The notes under the pieces were generated by a model that saw nothing but the letters and a program-made list of their open reading frames with translations, was not told the origin of the DNA and searched no databases. The translations under genes and the position numbers were made by a program. Of a stretch of DNA of 64,000 nucleotides, positions 62,971 to 64,000 are shown piece after piece. Source of the stretch: Eubacteriales bacterium (lineage in GTDB: Bacteria; Bacillota; Clostridia; Oscillospirales; CAG-272). Location of the stretch: positions 677 to 64,676 of the forward strand of contig JAZRGA010000066.1 of NCBI GenBank assembly GCA_045643945.1, given 5' to 3'. Every line of letters begins with the position of its first letter. Position 1 is the stretch's first letter.

Positions 62971-63990
62971 TCAAGTTAACTTGATAGTAATCATAGGTAC
63001 AATGCCACCACAATTAAAGTTCACGATGCCTCTGTCACTAACTGTACCATCGTAGTTTACTTCCCACATCTTGAACCTATCATTTTTAGAAGGCGTTCTT
63101 AAGCTCCATCTGTTTCTCGCACCCTGTAACCACGCATATTGAGAAGCTTCATATTTTCTGTTATCATCAGCCTCATCATATAATACATTAAAACCATATT
63201 GAGCCGATAAGACCTCGTTTAATGACGGCAGACAGATCTTGTCTGTTTCGGTTACTTCACGCACAGCAACAGGCATAAGAATATTTTGTTCTTCTTCCGA
63301 AAATACCGCATTCAAAAATGTAGAGTTTAACCATTTTCTTGCGAAGCAGAAATTATAGTTGTTGGGGTCATATGCTCTCGCAGATTTGCCGTTTATGGTA
63401 GAATAGAAAACACTTCGTTCTGAACTAAAGGGATTGGCGTCAATGATAGAATCACAAATCAAGGTAGCCACTCCATCAGATTCATCTAATATTCTCCATT
63501 TAATAGGTAACCACTTGTACCAATATACATTTCCTTTGGTATGCCCCAAGTTCATTTGATGGCTAAAACAATTGGAAGTGCCATATTCATCAGCCAAATC
63601 GGGCTTGTACTCTCTAAAGTATACGCCGCGGTATCTTTCTCCATCAAGTTCAATGTCTTTGTACCAGCATTTATCCCGATAATACTTTAGTTCATCAAAT
63701 GTATCCCATGTTCGTGTATCAATAGAGTGTTCAGTAGATCCAGCCAATTTATCAAGAGCATTCAGAAGATCGATGTCTTCTACCTCTGCTTGCGGATAGT
63801 AGCCCATTAAAATATGTGTACCCTTCTCGGAGTATGCCCCTGCTTCTGTAACTCTTTTATAAACAAAGTGCTGGGTATTATGAGAAGCCTTGGCATTCAC
63901 ACCTTTATCAAGGCTTTGACTTCCATCATTAAGTTTGATGCTTGGCACAACGCCATTTGTCGTTTTTTCAACAACATAATCATAGAACAT
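62971..63990 (-). CDS. DUF6273-like protein (possibly 5'-incomplete)
   Basis: Pattern IKWRILDESDGVATLI...RKWLNSTFLNAVFSEEEQ...ICLPSLNEV...RWSLRTP...GIVPMITI. The frame stays open from the ATG at 63990 to the window edge, and no SD is visible, so the true start may lie outside the window. Confidence 0.75.
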   Translation of the reverse strand: MFYDYVVEKTTNGVVPSIKLNDGSQSLDKGVNAKASHNTQHFVYKRVTEAGAYSEKGTHILMGYYPQAEVEDIDLLNALDKLAGSTEHSIDTRTWDTFDELKYYRDKCWYKDIELDGERYRGVYFREYKPDLADEYGTSNCFSHQMNLGHTKGNVYWYKWLPIKWRILDESDGVATLICDSIIDANPFSSERSVFYSTINGKSARAYDPNNYNFCFARKWLNSTFLNAVFSEEEQNILMPVAVREVTETDKICLPSLNEVLSAQYGFNVLYDEADDNRKYEASQYAWLQGARNRWSLRTPSKNDRFKMWEVNYDGTVSDRGIVNFNCGGIVPMITIKLT

Positions 63991-64000
63991 ATCACCATAG

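Noticed and set aside
62613-63013. Track ORFs of 110 aa and 62 aa (minus strand) and 64 aa (plus strand) across the hairpin array and TATCGTG array
   Set aside because: Their peptide repeats (RYSRYSRY, HDIHDI, MNC/HEL) mirror the DNA repeats. They have no SD, and they overlap terminators and the end of the DUF6273-like gene.

Overview
This is a Clostridia-type (Firmicutes) chromosome segment. That call rests on gene order, strong GGAGG ribosome-binding sites and many near-consensus TTGACA-17-TATAAT promoters. No database search was possible, so all family names come from motifs I read in the translations.

- **1-18.6 kb, conserved housekeeping.** rny (partial, open at the left edge), then rplA-rplK-nusG-secE-rpmG and efp on the minus strand. 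A long plus-strand block follows: yicC-remA-gmk-rpoZ-priA-def-fmt-Zn peptidase-rsmB-rlmN-PASTA protein-rsgA-thiN. A degenerate AsnB-like gene lies on the minus strand.
- **18.8-26.5 kb.** BspA-type LRR lipoprotein, ygiQ, flavodoxin, tRNA-Lys(UUU), an ABC-2 exporter pair, tRNA-Thr(GGU), a PHP protein and a small hypothetical.
- **26.8-52.6 kb, a minus-strand cell-envelope island.** In transcription order: an HTH/LuxR-type regulator, a small Cys-rich protein, three back-to-back giant ORFs (2612, ~1984 and 1928 aa), a collagen-repeat/NlpC-P60-like lipoprotein (1016 aa) and a DUF4349-like lipoprotein.
- **52.8-60.6 kb.** pdxK/pdxR-like pair, an NfnAB/SudAB-like oxidoreductase pair, an XRE membrane regulator, a cytidine-deaminase-like gene, a GNAT and two Nudix genes.
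- **60.7-64 kb, a visibly more AT-rich array of small envelope-gene cassettes.**

The most unusual signals are non-coding:
1. Two mirror-symmetric arrays of mini-hairpins joined by a conserved 8-mer, four forward copies then four reverse-complement copies (62571-62735 and 26517-26688).
2. A module repeated directly 3' of three cassette genes. It carries TTGCACCAAA-type direct repeats and a helically phased TATCGTG array of 1, 8 and 9 units.
3. An identical 60-bp promoter segment in front of two unrelated cassette genes.

I cannot assign any of these to a named family.
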